Of a DNA stretch of 55,190 bases, positions 25,306 through 38,498 are shown one piece after another. The notes under the pieces are model-generated. The model was not told where the DNA came from and made no database searches. It saw only the letters and a program-made list of their open reading frames with translations. Numbering within the stretch: position 1 is the stretch's first letter; each line of letters starts with the position of its first letter. Source of the DNA: Methanospirillum sp. (lineage in GTDB: Archaea > Halobacteriota > Methanomicrobia > Methanomicrobiales > Methanospirillaceae); contig JBDKUZ010000007.1 of NCBI GenBank assembly GCA_039679395.1, positions 1 to 55,190 of the forward strand, in the 5' to 3' direction. A program made the position numbers and the translations under genes.

Positions 25306-26723
25306 GGCATCCGGACCACGAGCAGCCGCTGCTCGGTCATCTCGTCGATCGCATACCGGGGGCCTTCGCGCCCGGTACCCGAAGCGCGGGTGCCGCCGTA
25401 GGGCATATGGTCCGTCCGGAACGCCAGATCGTTCACGATCAGCGAACCGGTGCGGCAATGCTCGAAGGCGCGGCCGATCACCCCGAGATCGCGGGTGAAG
25501 AGCGACTGCTGGATTCCATATTCCGAGTCGTTCGCGTGCGCGAGCGCCTCCTCGAGGCTGTCGTACGGGGTGACCGTGATGATCGGGGCAAAGATCTCGG
25601 TCGCGTTCACCCGCATCTCGGGCGTTGTCCCGGTCATCACGGTCGGCGCGAAGAGCGACCCCTCCCGCGTACCGCCGCACTCGCAGCGCGCGCCGCCCTC
25701 GAGCGCCTCGCCGACCGTCGCTTCGGCTGCCGACGCCGCGGCGTCCGAGATCATCGGTCCGACCACGGTCGACGGATCGCGCGGATCGCCAGGAGAGAGA
25801 GACCGCGCTCCCTCGACGATCCGGGCGAGCACGTCGTCATAGATCGAGGCGTGGAGAAAGACCCGCTGGACCGAGAGGCAGGTCTGTCCTGCATTCGCAA
25901 CGCCGCCCTGCACGCATCGGAGCGCCGCTCGCTCGAGGTCCGCGTCGGGCTCGACGATCACGGCCGCATTCCCGCCGAGCTCCAGCGCGACTCGCTTTCT
26001 GCCGGCGACCCCCTTCAGGTGCCAGCCGACCTCCGTGCTTCCCGTGAAGGAGAAAAAGTCCACTCTCGGGTCCGCGACAAGGCGCTCGGCATCGGAGACG
26101 CGGCACGGGACGACCGCGATCGCGTCGGGCGGGCACCCGGCCTCGAGCGCGATCGCCCCGAGCGCGAGGGCCGAGAGCGGCGTCTTGGTCGCCGGCCGGA
26201 CGATCGCGGCGTTGCCCGCGGCGAGCGCCGGGCCGAGTTTGTGGCAGACGATGGCGAGGGGGAAGTTGAACGCCGTGATCGCGAGAACGACCCCGACCGG
26301 GAACCGCCGGTGGATGCCCGTGCAGCCCTCGCCGGCCGGGGTCCAGTCGAGGTCGATGACCTCGCCGCCGATCCGGCGTCCCTCCTCCGCCGAGACGCGG
26401 AGCGTGATCGCGGCCCGCTCCACCTCGGCGCGTGCCAGCGTGATCGTCTTGCCGGCCTCGAGGACGATCGTCTCCGCGAGCGCGTCCGCGCGGGCCTCGA
26501 CGAGCGCGGCCATGCGCGCGAGGACCGCGGAACGGGCCCGGGACGGGAGCGAAGCCATCTCCACCGCGCCGTCGCGGGCGGTGCGGACCGCGTCCTCGAG
26601 GGCCTGAGTGTCGGCGAGCGCGACCCTGGCAACGGTCGAGCCGTCGTAGGGGAAGGCGACGTCGGCCGAGCGGGGCGACGTTCGCCACTCCCCGCCGATC
26701 AGGAAGGGGCGGGGGGGATCCAT
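25302..26723 (-). CDS. NAD(P)-dependent aldehyde dehydrogenase
   Basis: ORF 25302..26723. Motifs: FTGSTEVG, ELGGNA, catalytic NAGQTCLSVQR, PYGG. Confidence 0.9.
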   Translation of the reverse strand: MDPPRPFLIGGEWRTSPRSADVAFPYDGSTVARVALADTQALEDAVRTARDGAVEMASLPSRARSAVLARMAALVEARADALAETIVLEAGKTITLARAEVERAAITLRVSAEEGRRIGGEVIDLDWTPAGEGCTGIHRRFPVGVVLAITAFNFPLAIVCHKLGPALAAGNAAIVRPATKTPLSALALGAIALEAGCPPDAIAVVPCRVSDAERLVADPRVDFFSFTGSTEVGWHLKGVAGRKRVALELGGNAAVIVEPDADLERAALRCVQGGVANAGQTCLSVQRVFLHASIYDDVLARIVEGARSLSPGDPRDPSTVVGPMISDAAASAAEATVGEALEGGARCECGGTREGSLFAPTVMTGTTPEMRVNATEIFAPIITVTPYDSLEEALAHANDSEYGIQQSLFTRDLGVIGRAFEHCRTGSLIVNDLAFRTDHMPYGGTRASGTGREGPRYAIDEMTEQRLLVVRMP

Positions 26724-26806
26724 ACCATCAGCTGGCGCTGTGAATATTATTCCCTTTCCCCGTCGCCACGCCTATATAGCCCGCTCCCCAGATCTCTCTG
26801 GAGTCC

Positions 26807-28336
26807 ATGCCGAACGTCACCGTCCTCCTCGACGCCCGTACGGTCCCCGAGGCCCGGGTCGCCCTAGTCCACCCGGCCCGTGGGGTCGAGCATACCTATG
26901 CCTCGCTACGAAACGAGGCGAACCGCGTCGGGGCGGGTCTCGCCGGGCTCGGCGTGACGAAGGGCGACCGGGTCTGCATCTACCTGGACTCCTCCGCCGA
27001 GTACCTGATCGCCTACCTCGCCTGCTGGCGGATCGGCGCAGTCGCCGTCCCGACCAATATCGTCTACCGCGAGCGCGAGCTCCTCCACGCGGTCGAGGAC
27101 GCGGGGGCCGTGGCCGTGATCGCCGACGCGAGCGTGGTCGAGGTCGTCCGCGCCGTCCGGCACGCGGTCCCGGCGCTTCTCCACGTGATCGTGGTCGGAG
27201 GGGCCGGGCCGGAGGAGACGGCCTGGGAGGAGTTCGAGGAGCCTCCTGCCGGCATGCGCCCGGCCCACTGCGGCTTCGACGACCTCTGCCAGATCCAGTA
27301 CACGGCCGGGACGACGGGAAAGCCGAAGGGCGCGATGCTCACTCACGGCAACTGGACGGCCGCGCTCGACGCCGAGGGCGAGGCACTCGCGCTCGGTCCC
27401 GTGGATATCTACCTGGGGATCTATCCCATGGGCCACGTCGGCGTCTCCTGGGGCCTCGCCGTCCTCAGGGCCGGTGGCACCTGGATCGTGATGGACCGGT
27501 ACGATCTCGACGGGTACCTCGCCCTGGCGCGGACCTACCGCCCGACCATCCTCGCGGGCATGCCGCCCGTGATCCACGCGCTGGTCACCGCGGGGCCGGA
27601 GGCCGACGGCGCTCTCGCATCGGCGCGCGCGATCATCTCGGGCGGCGGTTCCCTGTTGCCCACGATCTGGGAGGCTTTCGACGCCCGGTATAGGATCCCT
27701 GTCGCGAACGCGTACGGCCTCTCGGAGACGATCGTCTGCGGCTCGGGGACCGTGACCCTGCCGGCCCACCCCGAGCTCCACCGGGGATACCGCTCGGTCG
27801 GTGTCCCGGTCGGGTACACCGAGGTCCGTGTTGTCGACGCGGACGACCCCGACCGCGAGCTCGCGCCCGGCGAGGACGGCGAGATCGCGCTCCGCGGACC
27901 GTCCGTCGCGCGCGGCTACTGGAACCAGCCGGCCGCGACGGCCGAGGTCTTCCGCGAGGACGGCTGGTTCCTCTCCGGCGACATCGGCCATCTCGACCCG
28001 GACGGCGTCCTCTTTGTCACGGACCGGAAGAAGGACATGATCATCATGTCGGGCTGGAAGATCTACCCGACCGAGGTCGAGGACGTCCTGATCGGCCACG
28101 ACGCGATCGGGGACGTCGCGGTCTACGGCATCCCGGACGAGCGGCGGGGCGAGATCCCGGTCGCGGCCGTCGTTCCGGCCCCGGGCCGGACAATCACGCT
28201 CGACGAACTCCGGGCCTACTGTTCCTCCCGGCTCGCGCCGTACAAGTGCCCGCGCCGGCTCGAGCTCGTCGAGTCCCTCCCCCGGGTCCACGGCTGGAAG
28301 CTCCTCCGCCGCAGCCTCCGCGAGCGAACGGAATAG
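26807..28336 (+). CDS. AMP-forming acyl-CoA synthetase / ligase (ANL superfamily)
   Basis: ORF 26807..28336. Motifs: IQYTAGTTGKPKGAMLTHGN, YGLSET, SGDIG..DGVLFVTDRKKDMI, GWKIYP. Confidence 0.9.
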   Translation: MPNVTVLLDARTVPEARVALVHPARGVEHTYASLRNEANRVGAGLAGLGVTKGDRVCIYLDSSAEYLIAYLACWRIGAVAVPTNIVYRERELLHAVEDAGAVAVIADASVVEVVRAVRHAVPALLHVIVVGGAGPEETAWEEFEEPPAGMRPAHCGFDDLCQIQYTAGTTGKPKGAMLTHGNWTAALDAEGEALALGPVDIYLGIYPMGHVGVSWGLAVLRAGGTWIVMDRYDLDGYLALARTYRPTILAGMPPVIHALVTAGPEADGALASARAIISGGGSLLPTIWEAFDARYRIPVANAYGLSETIVCGSGTVTLPAHPELHRGYRSVGVPVGYTEVRVVDADDPDRELAPGEDGEIALRGPSVARGYWNQPAATAEVFREDGWFLSGDIGHLDPDGVLFVTDRKKDMIIMSGWKIYPTEVEDVLIGHDAIGDVAVYGIPDERRGEIPVAAVVPAPGRTITLDELRAYCSSRLAPYKCPRRLELVESLPRVHGWKLLRRSLRERTE

Positions 28337-28373
28337 CTGCCCGGCGGACGCCGGAGTGGACGCCCGGGGTTCG

Positions 28374-31300
28374 TCAGCCGAGCTCGACCTCGACCTCGTG
28401 CGGCCGCTGGTCGTTGACCAGGTGGACCGCGTGGTCCTGCTGCTCGACCCCGTCGACCACGACCGACCGGACGCCGCACGCGAGCGTGCTTGAGCGGATC
28501 GTGCAGCGATACACCGTCTCCTTGAACCGGTACCGGAGCACGAACCGGTCCCACCCCGGCGGCAGGCAGGGGGCGAAGCGGAGGGTGTCCACGTCGAACC
28601 GCAACCCGATCAGCGATTCGAGCAGCAGCTGGTACGACCAACCGGCCGCGCCCGTCATCCATGTCCAGCCGCCGCGTCCGACGTGCGGCTCGACCCCGTA
28701 GACGTCGGCCGCGATTACGTACGGCTCGACGCGGTAGGTCGCGATCGCATCTCGGCTCTGCCCGTGATGGATGGGGTTGATGAGGTCGAAGAGCCGCCAG
28801 GCCAGGTCACGGTCGCCCAACGCCGCGTGGGCCATGATCGTCCAGATCGCCGCATGGGTGTACTGGCCCCCGTTCTCGCGGACGCCGGGAACGTAGCCCT
28901 GGATGTACCCCGGCGACGGAACCGCGTGGTCGAACGGCGGGGTGAGCAGTTTGATCAGGCCCTCGTCGTACCGGACCAGTTGCCGGTCGACCGCGTCCAT
29001 GGCCGATCGGGCACGCGCTGTTCCGGCCGCGCCGGAGAGTACGGACCACGACTGGGCGATCGCGTCGATCCGGCACTCCTCGTTCTCGGCCGAACCGAGC
29101 GGCGTCCCGTCGTCGAAGTAGGCGCGGCGATACCACTCGCCGTCCCACCCGGCCTTCTCCAGGTTCGCCGCGAGGCGCGAGGCCTCGGCCACGCAGCGCT
29201 CGGCAAAGGCCTCGTCCCCACGCGCCCTCGCCACGCCCGAGAACTGGAGCAGGACCGTGTAGAGGAAGAACCCGAGCCAGACCGACTCGCCCCGGCCCTG
29301 GATCCCGACCATGTTCATCCCGTCATTCCAGTCGCCCGAGCCCATCAGCGGCAGGCCGTGGGCGCCGAAGCGGAGGCCGTACTCGATCGCCCGGACGCAG
29401 TGCTCGTAGAGTGTCCCCTGCTGCTCCGAGATGGTCGGCAGGTCGTAGTAGGACTCCTCGTCCGGCTTGAGCTGCCGCCCCTCGAGGTAGCGAACGCGTT
29501 CGGAGAGGACCCCCGTGTCCCGGGTCGAGAGGACGTACCGGCAGAGCGTGTAGGGCAGCCAGAGGTAGTCGTCGGAGCAGCGCGTCCGCACCCCACGGTC
29601 GGACGGCGGGTGCCACCAGTGCTGGACGTCGCCCTCGACGAACTGGTGGCCGGCCGAGAGCAGGAGGTGCTGCCGGATCAGCCGGGGCTCGGCGTGGAGC
29701 AGGGCCAGCACGTCCTGGAGCTGGTCGCGGAAGCCGAACGCCCCGCCCGACTGGTAGTACCCCGAACGCCCCCAGAGGCGCGAGGAGATCACCTGGTAGA
29801 GGAGCCAGCCGTTGACCAGGAGGTCCACGGATCGGTCGGGGGTCTCGATCGCGACCGAGGAGAGGGTCCAGTCCCAGTACCGCCGGACGGACTCGAGCGA
29901 GGCGCGGGCCGGAGCCACGCCCCGGTGCCGCTGGACCAAGGCCTTCGCCTCGTCCGCGTCCCGGCCGACGCCGAGCATGAAGACGACGTCGAGATCCTGG
30001 CCGTCCGCGAGCTCGAGGGGGACCTGGAGCGCGGCGCACGGGTCGAGCGCAGCGCCCACCCGGCCGGAGAGCCGGACCCGCTCCATGGCCGCGGGCCGTG
30101 CGAGCGTCCCGTTGCGTCCCACGAACTCGTGCCGGTCGCCCGTCGCCGTCCGGTTCAGTTCATTCACGTCGAAGAAGGCCACACGGTCGGGAAACTCGGT
30201 GTTGTACGAGTTGCGGGCAAGGATGGCCCCGGTCAGCGGGTCCATCTCCGTCACCACCTGCATCGCCGTCGCGGCGCGGAGCTGCCCGAGCACCCACTCG
30301 ACGTACCCGGTCACGGTGACCGACCGCGTCCGGCCTGAGCGGTTCCGGACCCGGACCTGCCAGAACTTGACAGGGGCGTCGACCGCGACATGGACGGTCA
30401 TGGTGGCAAAGAGACCGTCCTGGGCGTGCTCGAAGACCGAGTAGCCGAACCCGTGCCGGGTCAGGTACGTCCCCGGCCCGCGCGCCGGCAGGGGAGCGAG
30501 GGACCAGAACGCGCCCGTCTCCTCGTCCCGCAGGTAGAAGGCCTCCCCAGCCCGGTCCGTCACCGGGTCGTTCCACCAGGGGGTGAGCCGGAACTCGTGC
30601 GCGTTCTCGGACCAGGAGTATCCGCCGCCGCTCTCGGAGACGATCGAGCCGAAGGACGGGTTCGCGAGAACGTTGACCCACGGCGCAGGCGTGAACTGGC
30701 CGGGCCGGTTCTCGATCACGTACTCGCGCCCGTCCTTGGAGAAACCGCCGATCCCGTTGTAGTAATCGAGCGCCTCGCCGCCGGACGGGGTCTCGGTCGA
30801 GGTCGACGGGCGCGGACGCGTCGGCACGAGCCTCGGTATCTGCGGGTCGATCCACCGCACCCGCTCGACCTGCTCGGCGAGGGGGCCGTCGCGATCGGCC
30901 AGGATCACCCGGGCCAGGGCCTGCATCAGGACCCGGTCCTCCTCCGGGATCTGGTCGAGCCGCCGGACGAAGACCCCGCCGGGCCTATCGATCAGCTGGG
31001 GGTCGGGACCGAGGCTGGTCTGGCGGATCAGCTCGTCCGTCAGATCTTGCCGGTATCCCGAGATGTCCTCGTTCCAGAAAAGCAGGTCCGTGATCAGCCC
31101 CTTCCGGCGCCAGTACGCGTGTGCCTGGATCATCTGCCGGACCAGCCCGACCCGGGCCTTCTCGGAGACCCGGACCAGCACGAGCGGGTAGTCGCCCGAG
31201 ATCCCGTAGCCCCAGAGCCCGCTCTGGCCGCGCCGGTTCCGCGCGATGACGTCGGGCGGCGCGCGGCGGGCCGGGTTCGGGTAGATGATGGCCGATGCGA

Positions 31301-34300
31301 GCCGGGCGAAGATCTGCGCGTCCGCCTCGGTCGCGTTGAGCTGGCGGAGCATCACCTGCGTGTGCGTCCAGGCGAGTTCGGTCACGCGGTCGCCCATGTA
31401 TCGGTCCTGGTACTTCTCGACGAGCCCGAGTGCGTGGTCGCGGTTCTCGCCGACGCCGAGGTAGACGTGGACGGTCACCGTCTCCTGTGGCTGTATCAGG
31501 ACCGTGCGCCGCACGGCCACGATCGGGTCGAGGACCGAGCCCGCCGTGTCCGAGAGGGAGGACGAGTCGACCATCGCCACCGGGTTCGCGAGCGACCGCC
31601 CCCGGCCGATGAACCGCGACCGGTCGGTCTCGAACGAGGTCTCCCGGACAGGGACGCCATCCACGACCATGGTATGGATGAGCCAGGGGGGGTGCTCGCC
31701 CGAGGAGCGCGGGCGGCGTGTCGCGAGGATCGCGTTCCGGTCGGGGAGGAGCTCGGTCGTTACGAAGAGGTTCGAGAAGGCCGGGTGGGCCGCGTCGTGC
31801 CCGAGGGGGGCGATCACGACCTCGGCGTAGCTCGTCAGCTCGATCGTGCGCGGGCGCCAGGAGCGGTTCGTGATCCGGACGCGCCTGAGCTCGACGTCGT
31901 CCTCGGGCGAGACCATGCACTCGGTGTGGATGTCGAGCTCGTCGTCGCGCCGCCGGAACTCGGCCCGGGCCTGCTGGAAGATCGCCTCGTACTTTTCGGC
32001 CGGCTGGAGCGTGGGCTGGTAGCAGGTCGACCAGAAGCGCCCGCTCTCGACATCGCGGATATAGCAGAAGACGCCGTAGCCGTCGGAGACGGGGTCCTCG
32101 CGCCAGCGCGTCACCTCGAGGTCGCGCCAGCGCGAGTACCCGGCCCCGGCATTGTTGACCATCACGTGGTACCGGCCGTTCGAGAGGAGGTGGACCTCGG
32201 GCCGGGCCAGATCCGGCGTCGAGAAGATCCGCATCATGGACTCGCCCTCGGCGCCGCGCCGGACCTGGCCGTCCATGCGGATCGCGTGGGGATAGAACGG
32301 GGTCACCTTCGGCACCCGCTCCTGGAGCAGCAGGTCGGTGGCGCGGATCTCGGGCACGCCCAGGAACCGCCGCTGCATGGGCCGATCGGCGAGCACAGCG
32401 AGGAGCGAGAGAAACGACATCCCCAGGTGGTGGGACATGAACGACCGGACGACGGCGACCTCCTGGCCGCGCGCCAGCCGCGACGGCGTGTAGTCGGCGG
32501 CCTCGAAGAAGCCGTACCGCCCCGCGAAGCCGACGGTCTCCATGGTCTGCAGGTTGCTGGTCGCCTCGGACGGAAGGACCAGCAGGGCGAGCGCGGTCGC
32601 GTACGGCGCGACCACCAGGTCCTCGCCGAGGCCCCGCTTGTACCCGAGCCCGGGGACACCGAAGGCCCGGTACTGGTAGTTCAGGTTGGCGTCGGTCAGG
32701 TTGTACACCGACTCGGAGATCCCCCAAGGCACGCCACGCTGCTTGCCGTACTCAATCTGCCGCCGCACGGCCGCGCGGCAGGTCTGGTCGAGGAGAGTCT
32801 CGGGGTAGCTCGGCATCACCAGCAGGGGCATCAGGTACTCGAACATCGAGCCCGACCACGAGAGGAGGAGCGGGCCGGCTCCGCTCGAGGTGAGCTGGCG
32901 GCCGAGCGCGAACCAGTGGGCCTGCGGGAGCACGCCGTCGGCGATCCCGACGAACGAGGCGAGGCGCGCCTCGGAGGCGAGCAGGTCGTAGAACGAGGTG
33001 TCCCGCCGGAGCTCGGAGACGTTGTACCCGATCGCGAGCAGATCCCTCGCGGGGTCGAAGAGGAAGTCCGTGTCGACATCGATGAAGCCCGTCGCGTGGG
33101 CGCCGACCCGCTCGTACAGGTCGAGCAGGCGCCCGGCGCCGGCGGCCGCGCTCCGCAGCCGCTCCCTCAGTCCCATCAGGGCCGCGCCCTCGTCGTTTCC
33201 GGACGCCATCATCCGCGTGAGGAGGCGGTCGATAGCGGGCAGGAGATCAGCGTGGAGCTCCCGGACCCCGATCGGGCTGGGGGCTTCGCCGTCGCAGGCC
33301 GCGAGCGCAGCCTGGACCACGGCCGCATCCTCGGGTCCGGCCGCCGCGACGCGGTCCCAGAACGCGCGGTCGCGCGGGATCTCGGCCCACCAGCCGATGA
33401 GCTCGCGGACGTACTCGTCGAGGTTGTGGACCTCGACCTCGAGCGCCTGCGCCCACCATCGGACCTCGTCGTCGGCGTTCGACCGGAGGTCCCCCGCGAT
33501 CTGCGCGATTGCAGTTGCCGCGTCGGCCAGGACTGCATGCCGCTCCGCGAATGTCGGGGCCGGGACGGCCAGCAGCGCTTGGAGAGACGCGATCCGCGCC
33601 GCGATACCGGGGGAGACGTACGAGCTCTCGTCCCGGTCGACGTCGGTCCGCGCCGCGGCGAGCGCCAGCTCGCGGGCCGTGTCCGCGAGGCCGTTGAGCG
33701 CGGCGGGTGGAAGAACGGGCGCGTACCCGAGCTCGGCCATGCCGGCCCTGAGCGGGAGGAGGAGACCGATCAGGTTGCCCGAGTCCACGGTCGAGACATA
33801 GTGCGGCGCGAGCGGGGCGAGGGTGACCGTGTCGTACCAGTTGTAGAGGTGCCCGCGGAATCGCTCGAGCCGCTCCAAGGTCTCGAAGGACTGTTCGAGC
33901 CGCTCGGCGCAGCGCCGCGGGGTGATGTACCCGAGGTCCGCGGCGGCGAGCGTGGAGAGGAGGGCGAGGCCGATATCGGTCGGCGAGGTGCGGTGCGCGA
34001 TCCGCTCGACCGGGGCCTCCTGGTAATTGTCGGGCGGCAGCCAGTTCTCCTCCGGCCCGACGAAGACCTCGAAGAAGCGCCACGTCCGCCGCGCGACCGA
34101 GCGGAGGAACCGGAGCTCGCTCGGGTCCAGGACCGGGACGGGCTCGGCCAGGGGTCGGCTCAGGTACCATGCCACCGCGGGCGAGGCGACCCAGAGGCCG
34201 ATGATCGGGAGGGCCGCCGCCAGCGCCTCGGGCCGGGCGAGGCCGATCGCGAGGCCGGAGACCGCCCCCGCCGCCAGCGCCGGCCACATTCGCCGGTAGT

Positions 34301-37160
34301 GGCCCGCGAGGTCCGGCGCGGTCCGGCCGGCGTCGCGCGACGTGGTCCACTCGAGGAGGCGGCGGCCCCGGACAAGGCGCGAGAGCGTCCGACCGACCGC
34401 GTCAATCGCGACGGCCGCCTCGTACGGGAGGAGGATGAAGAGGAAGACCGGCTGCGCGAACGAACGCGGCAGCGACCGAGCCGCGTCGAGTAGGTGGAGG
34501 CGGAGGCCCTGGTCCCGCGGCTTCTGGACGAGCCGGTAGAGGAAGCCGATGATCGGCGGAGCGAAGACGAGGGCCGCGACGGCCGCCGTCCACCCGATCG
34601 GGTTCGGGAGGAGGAGCCACGCGATCAGGAGCAGGGCCAGCTCGGCCGGTGCTACCAGGCTGCGCCGGAGGTTGTCCAGGACCTTCCAGCGCGAGAGGAG
34701 TGAGAGCGTGTTCCGCCGTCGTTCGTTGCCGGGGGCCGGGACCGTCGGCAGGGCCCAGGCCCCGACCTGCCAGTCGCCGCGGATCCAGCGGTGGCGGCGC
34801 GCGACGTCGGCGAGGTACCGCAGGGGGTAGTCCTCGAAGAGCGTGACGTCGGTCACGAGCGCCACCCGGGCGTACGAGCCCTCGATCAGGTCGTGGGAGA
34901 GGACGCGGTTCTCGGGGAGCTGCTCCCCCAGGGTCGCGCCGAACGCCTCGAGGTCGTACAGCCCCTTGCCGATGAACGAGGCCTCCTTGAAGGTGTCCTG
35001 GTAGACATCCGAGACCGCGCGTGTGTACGGATCGATGCCGGGCTCGCCGCCGAAGACCCGGACGTACCACGACCGGGCAGAGTCGGTCAGGGTCAGGCCG
35101 ATCCGCGGCTGGAGCACGCCGTAACCGGCCACCACGCGCCCGAGGACCGGGTCCACCACGGGCCGGTTGAGCGGGTGCGCGGCTGTCCCGACGAGCTTCT
35201 TCGCCTCGTCGCGGGGCAGCTCGGTGTCGGCGTCGAGGGTGATGACGTACCGCGTCCCTTCGAGGGTCGCGAGATCGCCGACGATCACGGCGAAGGGGTC
35301 GGTCTCTCCGTGGATCAGCAGCCGGTTCAGGGCCTCGATCGCGCCGCGCTTCCGCTCATATCCCATGAACCGCCCCTCGCGCGGGTTCCACTGCCGGGGC
35401 CGGTGCAGGAGCAGGAACGGACTCCGCCCCCCCTCGGCCACGTACCGGGAGTTCAGCTCCTCCGTGCCCGCCACGGCCCGGGCGATCGTCTCCGCGTCCT
35501 GCGGCGCGACCTCGCTCTCGGCGGCCGGCAGGTCCGAGAGGAGGGCGAACGAGAGCTGGGGGTCGCGGTTGCCGAGGTACCGCACCTCCAGCATCTCGAG
35601 CAGCCGGTCCACGTCGTCGGGCGTCGAGATCACGGTCGGGACCACCACAAGGGTCCGGCACTCGAGCGGGATCCCGTCGTCGAAGTCGAGCCGCGGCAGG
35701 ATCTTCGGCTTGGCGATCAGCATCGCGACCCAGTTGACGAGTGAGACTGCGGTCTGGCTCGCGGCCAGGAGAAGGACCGGGACGAAGAGCGCGAGCACCG
35801 CCAGCCCGACGCCCGCCATGGCGGCCGAGACGCCCCCGGCGAGCGTGATCAGGCCGGCGATCGCCGCGATCCCGCCGAGGTAGAACGGCAGGGGGGCCTG
35901 CCGCCCTATCCGCCTGAACCGCTCCGCGTTCGGCGGTTCGAAACGGACCGTGTGCTGGAGCTCGGGAAGCCCCCGGTCGATCAGGAAGTACCCGACGTGA
36001 GCCGAACGGTCGGCGCCGCCGAGCCGCATGCGCCTATCCACCGCGAGCTCCATGGCCCGCCGCGCCACTTCCTCCTCCGAGAGAGGGGCGTGCCGGGCCA
36101 GGCGCTCGACTACGTGCCTGTACCGGTCGCGGGTCGCGAAGTCCATGGCCGCGTACGGGTCCTGCGGGTTCGACCGCAGCACACTCTCCACGACCGAGAG
36201 TCGCTCGACGAAGACGCGCCAGTCGATCCCGTCGAGGGTCCTAAGCGAGGTGATCGAGTTGCCGATCGAGACCTGGTCCGCTGCCTGCGCCCGGGTCTCC
36301 ATCTGGACCATCTGCTCGATGGTCAGGCTCATCTCGGAGAGCCGCTGCTCGATCCAGGTCAGGGCCAGGGTCAGGACCGGCGAGCGACCTCGGAGCTGCC
36401 GCGCCAGCTCGGCCACGAAGGCGCTGGTCATGGGCGGGTCCGAGCGGGCCATCTCGGCCACGACCAGGATCATACTCTTCGGGTCCTGCTCGGCCACCTC
36501 GATCATCCGGTCGGCCCAGACCGAGGCGTTGTCCGAGTCGACCCTGTTTGCGCCGATCCGGGTCGAGACCCGGCGCAGGTTCTCGATCAGGGCCAGCCGG
36601 AGCATGATCGGGACGGCCCAGAGCTCGCCGAGCTGGAGCGGCGCGACCGTCTGGTATGCTTCGACGAACGCGGAGAGGACGTCGAGGTCGATCCGCCCGT
36701 CGTTGTGCGCGATCAGCTCGCGGGCGATGAAGTAGACGCGGGGGTACCCGGCGAGCGGGCCGTTCTCGAGGCGCGGGAGCTTCCGGCTGTACCCGAGCGG
36801 GAGGTGGCGGCGGGCCGTCCGGACATGCTCCTCGACCAGGTAAAAGTTGTCGAGGAGCCACTCGCCCGCGGGCGCGATCCGGCGATTCTTCTCGAGCGCG
36901 GCCGTGATGAGCGTGAAGGTCTCGACCAGGATGGTCTCATTCTCGGCGAGACGCGGGAGAAGACGGTCCTCGCCGCCACTCATATCCACACCGTACCAGT
37001 CGGCCATCTCCACGGCATGGGCCGAGAGCTGGTCCGCCGAGAGGAGCTCGCTCCGGAGGGGCTGGACGTCCTTCGGTCTGGCCCCTGCGGTACTCACATC
37101 CGTCACGCGCTCACGAAGGCGGGTCACGTCCCGCCGCAGCGACTCGATGCCGTCCTTCAC
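28374..37160 (-). CDS. cyclic beta-1,2-glucan synthase-like giant enzyme (membrane GT84 glycosyltransferase + central glucan-processing region + C-terminal GH94 phosphorylase), 2928 aa
   Basis: ORF 28374..37160. The N-terminal region reads [35 protein letters not shown] helices precede a GT-A domain (VVVPTVI...[21 protein letters not shown]...[10 protein letters not shown]). The mid region reads WGISESVYN...[17 protein letters not shown]. The C-terminus reads [12 protein letters not shown]...[20 protein letters not shown]...SGDWNDGMN, as in GH94 cellobiose/glucan phosphorylases. Confidence 0.9.
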   Translation of the reverse strand: MKDGIESLRRDVTRLRERVTDVSTAGARPKDVQPLRSELLSADQLSAHAVEMADWYGVDMSGGEDRLLPRLAENETILVETFTLITAALEKNRRIAPAGEWLLDNFYLVEEHVRTARRHLPLGYSRKLPRLENGPLAGYPRVYFIARELIAHNDGRIDLDVLSAFVEAYQTVAPLQLGELWAVPIMLRLALIENLRRVSTRIGANRVDSDNASVWADRMIEVAEQDPKSMILVVAEMARSDPPMTSAFVAELARQLRGRSPVLTLALTWIEQRLSEMSLTIEQMVQMETRAQAADQVSIGNSITSLRTLDGIDWRVFVERLSVVESVLRSNPQDPYAAMDFATRDRYRHVVERLARHAPLSEEEVARRAMELAVDRRMRLGGADRSAHVGYFLIDRGLPELQHTVRFEPPNAERFRRIGRQAPLPFYLGGIAAIAGLITLAGGVSAAMAGVGLAVLALFVPVLLLAASQTAVSLVNWVAMLIAKPKILPRLDFDDGIPLECRTLVVVPTVISTPDDVDRLLEMLEVRYLGNRDPQLSFALLSDLPAAESEVAPQDAETIARAVAGTEELNSRYVAEGGRSPFLLLHRPRQWNPREGRFMGYERKRGAIEALNRLLIHGETDPFAVIVGDLATLEGTRYVITLDADTELPRDEAKKLVGTAAHPLNRPVVDPVLGRVVAGYGVLQPRIGLTLTDSARSWYVRVFGGEPGIDPYTRAVSDVYQDTFKEASFIGKGLYDLEAFGATLGEQLPENRVLSHDLIEGSYARVALVTDVTLFEDYPLRYLADVARRHRWIRGDWQVGAWALPTVPAPGNERRRNTLSLLSRWKVLDNLRRSLVAPAELALLLIAWLLLPNPIGWTAAVAALVFAPPIIGFLYRLVQKPRDQGLRLHLLDAARSLPRSFAQPVFLFILLPYEAAVAIDAVGRTLSRLVRGRRLLEWTTSRDAGRTAPDLAGHYRRMWPALAAGAVSGLAIGLARPEALAAALPIIGLWVASPAVAWYLSRPLAEPVPVLDPSELRFLRSVARRTWRFFEVFVGPEENWLPPDNYQEAPVERIAHRTSPTDIGLALLSTLAAADLGYITPRRCAERLEQSFETLERLERFRGHLYNWYDTVTLAPLAPHYVSTVDSGNLIGLLLPLRAGMAELGYAPVLPPAALNGLADTARELALAAARTDVDRDESSYVSPGIAARIASLQALLAVPAPTFAERHAVLADAATAIAQIAGDLRSNADDEVRWWAQALEVEVHNLDEYVRELIGWWAEIPRDRAFWDRVAAAGPEDAAVVQAALAACDGEAPSPIGVRELHADLLPAIDRLLTRMMASGNDEGAALMGLRERLRSAAAGAGRLLDLYERVGAHATGFIDVDTDFLFDPARDLLAIGYNVSELRRDTSFYDLLASEARLASFVGIADGVLPQAHWFALGRQLTSSGAGPLLLSWSGSMFEYLMPLLVMPSYPETLLDQTCRAAVRRQIEYGKQRGVPWGISESVYNLTDANLNYQYRAFGVPGLGYKRGLGEDLVVAPYATALALLVLPSEATSNLQTMETVGFAGRYGFFEAADYTPSRLARGQEVAVVRSFMSHHLGMSFLSLLAVLADRPMQRRFLGVPEIRATDLLLQERVPKVTPFYPHAIRMDGQVRRGAEGESMMRIFSTPDLARPEVHLLSNGRYHVMVNNAGAGYSRWRDLEVTRWREDPVSDGYGVFCYIRDVESGRFWSTCYQPTLQPAEKYEAIFQQARAEFRRRDDELDIHTECMVSPEDDVELRRVRITNRSWRPRTIELTSYAEVVIAPLGHDAAHPAFSNLFVTTELLPDRNAILATRRPRSSGEHPPWLIHTMVVDGVPVRETSFETDRSRFIGRGRSLANPVAMVDSSSLSDTAGSVLDPIVAVRRTVLIQPQETVTVHVYLGVGENRDHALGLVEKYQDRYMGDRVTELAWTHTQVMLRQLNATEADAQIFARLASAIIYPNPARRAPPDVIARNRRGQSGLWGYGISGDYPLVLVRVSEKARVGLVRQMIQAHAYWRRKGLITDLLFWNEDISGYRQDLTDELIRQTSLGPDPQLIDRPGGVFVRRLDQIPEEDRVLMQALARVILADRDGPLAEQVERVRWIDPQIPRLVPTRPRPSTSTETPSGGEALDYYNGIGGFSKDGREYVIENRPGQFTPAPWVNVLANPSFGSIVSESGGGYSWSENAHEFRLTPWWNDPVTDRAGEAFYLRDEETGAFWSLAPLPARGPGTYLTRHGFGYSVFEHAQDGLFATMTVHVAVDAPVKFWQVRVRNRSGRTRSVTVTGYVEWVLGQLRAATAMQVVTEMDPLTGAILARNSYNTEFPDRVAFFDVNELNRTATGDRHEFVGRNGTLARPAAMERVRLSGRVGAALDPCAALQVPLELADGQDLDVVFMLGVGRDADEAKALVQRHRGVAPARASLESVRRYWDWTLSSVAIETPDRSVDLLVNGWLLYQVISSRLWGRSGYYQSGGAFGFRDQLQDVLALLHAEPRLIRQHLLLSAGHQFVEGDVQHWWHPPSDRGVRTRCSDDYLWLPYTLCRYVLSTRDTGVLSERVRYLEGRQLKPDEESYYDLPTISEQQGTLYEHCVRAIEYGLRFGAHGLPLMGSGDWNDGMNMVGIQGRGESVWLGFFLYTVLLQFSGVARARGDEAFAERCVAEASRLAANLEKAGWDGEWYRRAYFDDGTPLGSAENEECRIDAIAQSWSVLSGAAGTARARSAMDAVDRQLVRYDEGLIKLLTPPFDHAVPSPGYIQGYVPGVRENGGQYTHAAIWTIMAHAALGDRDLAWRLFDLINPIHHGQSRDAIATYRVEPYVIAADVYGVEPHVGRGGWTWMTGAAGWSYQLLLESLIGLRFDVDTLRFAPCLPPGWDRFVLRYRFKETVYRCTIRSSTLACGVRSVVVDGVEQQDHAVHLVNDQRPHEVEVELG

Positions 37161-37304
37161 CCGACCGTCCTCCCGGGCTCCCGGGCGCTGCAGAAGTGTC
37201 TGCTTTCCGCCCTATTCGCTCTACCGACGCTTCTAGCCTTCGCTGCACGGATGCGGGGTGGCACCCTTAAATAGTATCCGATTCATCGAGAACGGGATAG
37301 CGTT

Positions 37305-38207
<903 letters not shown>

Positions 38208-38254
38208 TTCGCCCCCTCTCTTTTCTTTCGTCTGGCCGCTGCGCCACGCGCATA

Positions 38255-38279
38255 CCTTCATATATATAGCGAATGAAGG
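38255..38279. other. 7-bp stem hairpin enclosing a TATA-like loop
   Basis: CCTTCAT-atatatagcga-ATGAAGG, located 48 nt after the Mrp-paralog stop. It could be a terminator structure or a promoter element for the downstream gene. Confidence 0.3.
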
Positions 38280-38498
38280 AAACGCTGTTCCTCGCTTGCA
38301 TTCTATAAGATTTAATCGCCCCGATCGGGATTCAAGGGCCGTATCTGCGCCCGATAGACCAGTCGTTTTAATATACGGCTACATCGAACTTCCATCAGCG
38401 GAGTCCTGCACGGAAGAGGGCTCGGGCCGCACGACGACCCTGTCGGTCGCCCGACCCTGCATCCGCGCGCTCCGTCCAGATTTGAGAACAGGTGACAC

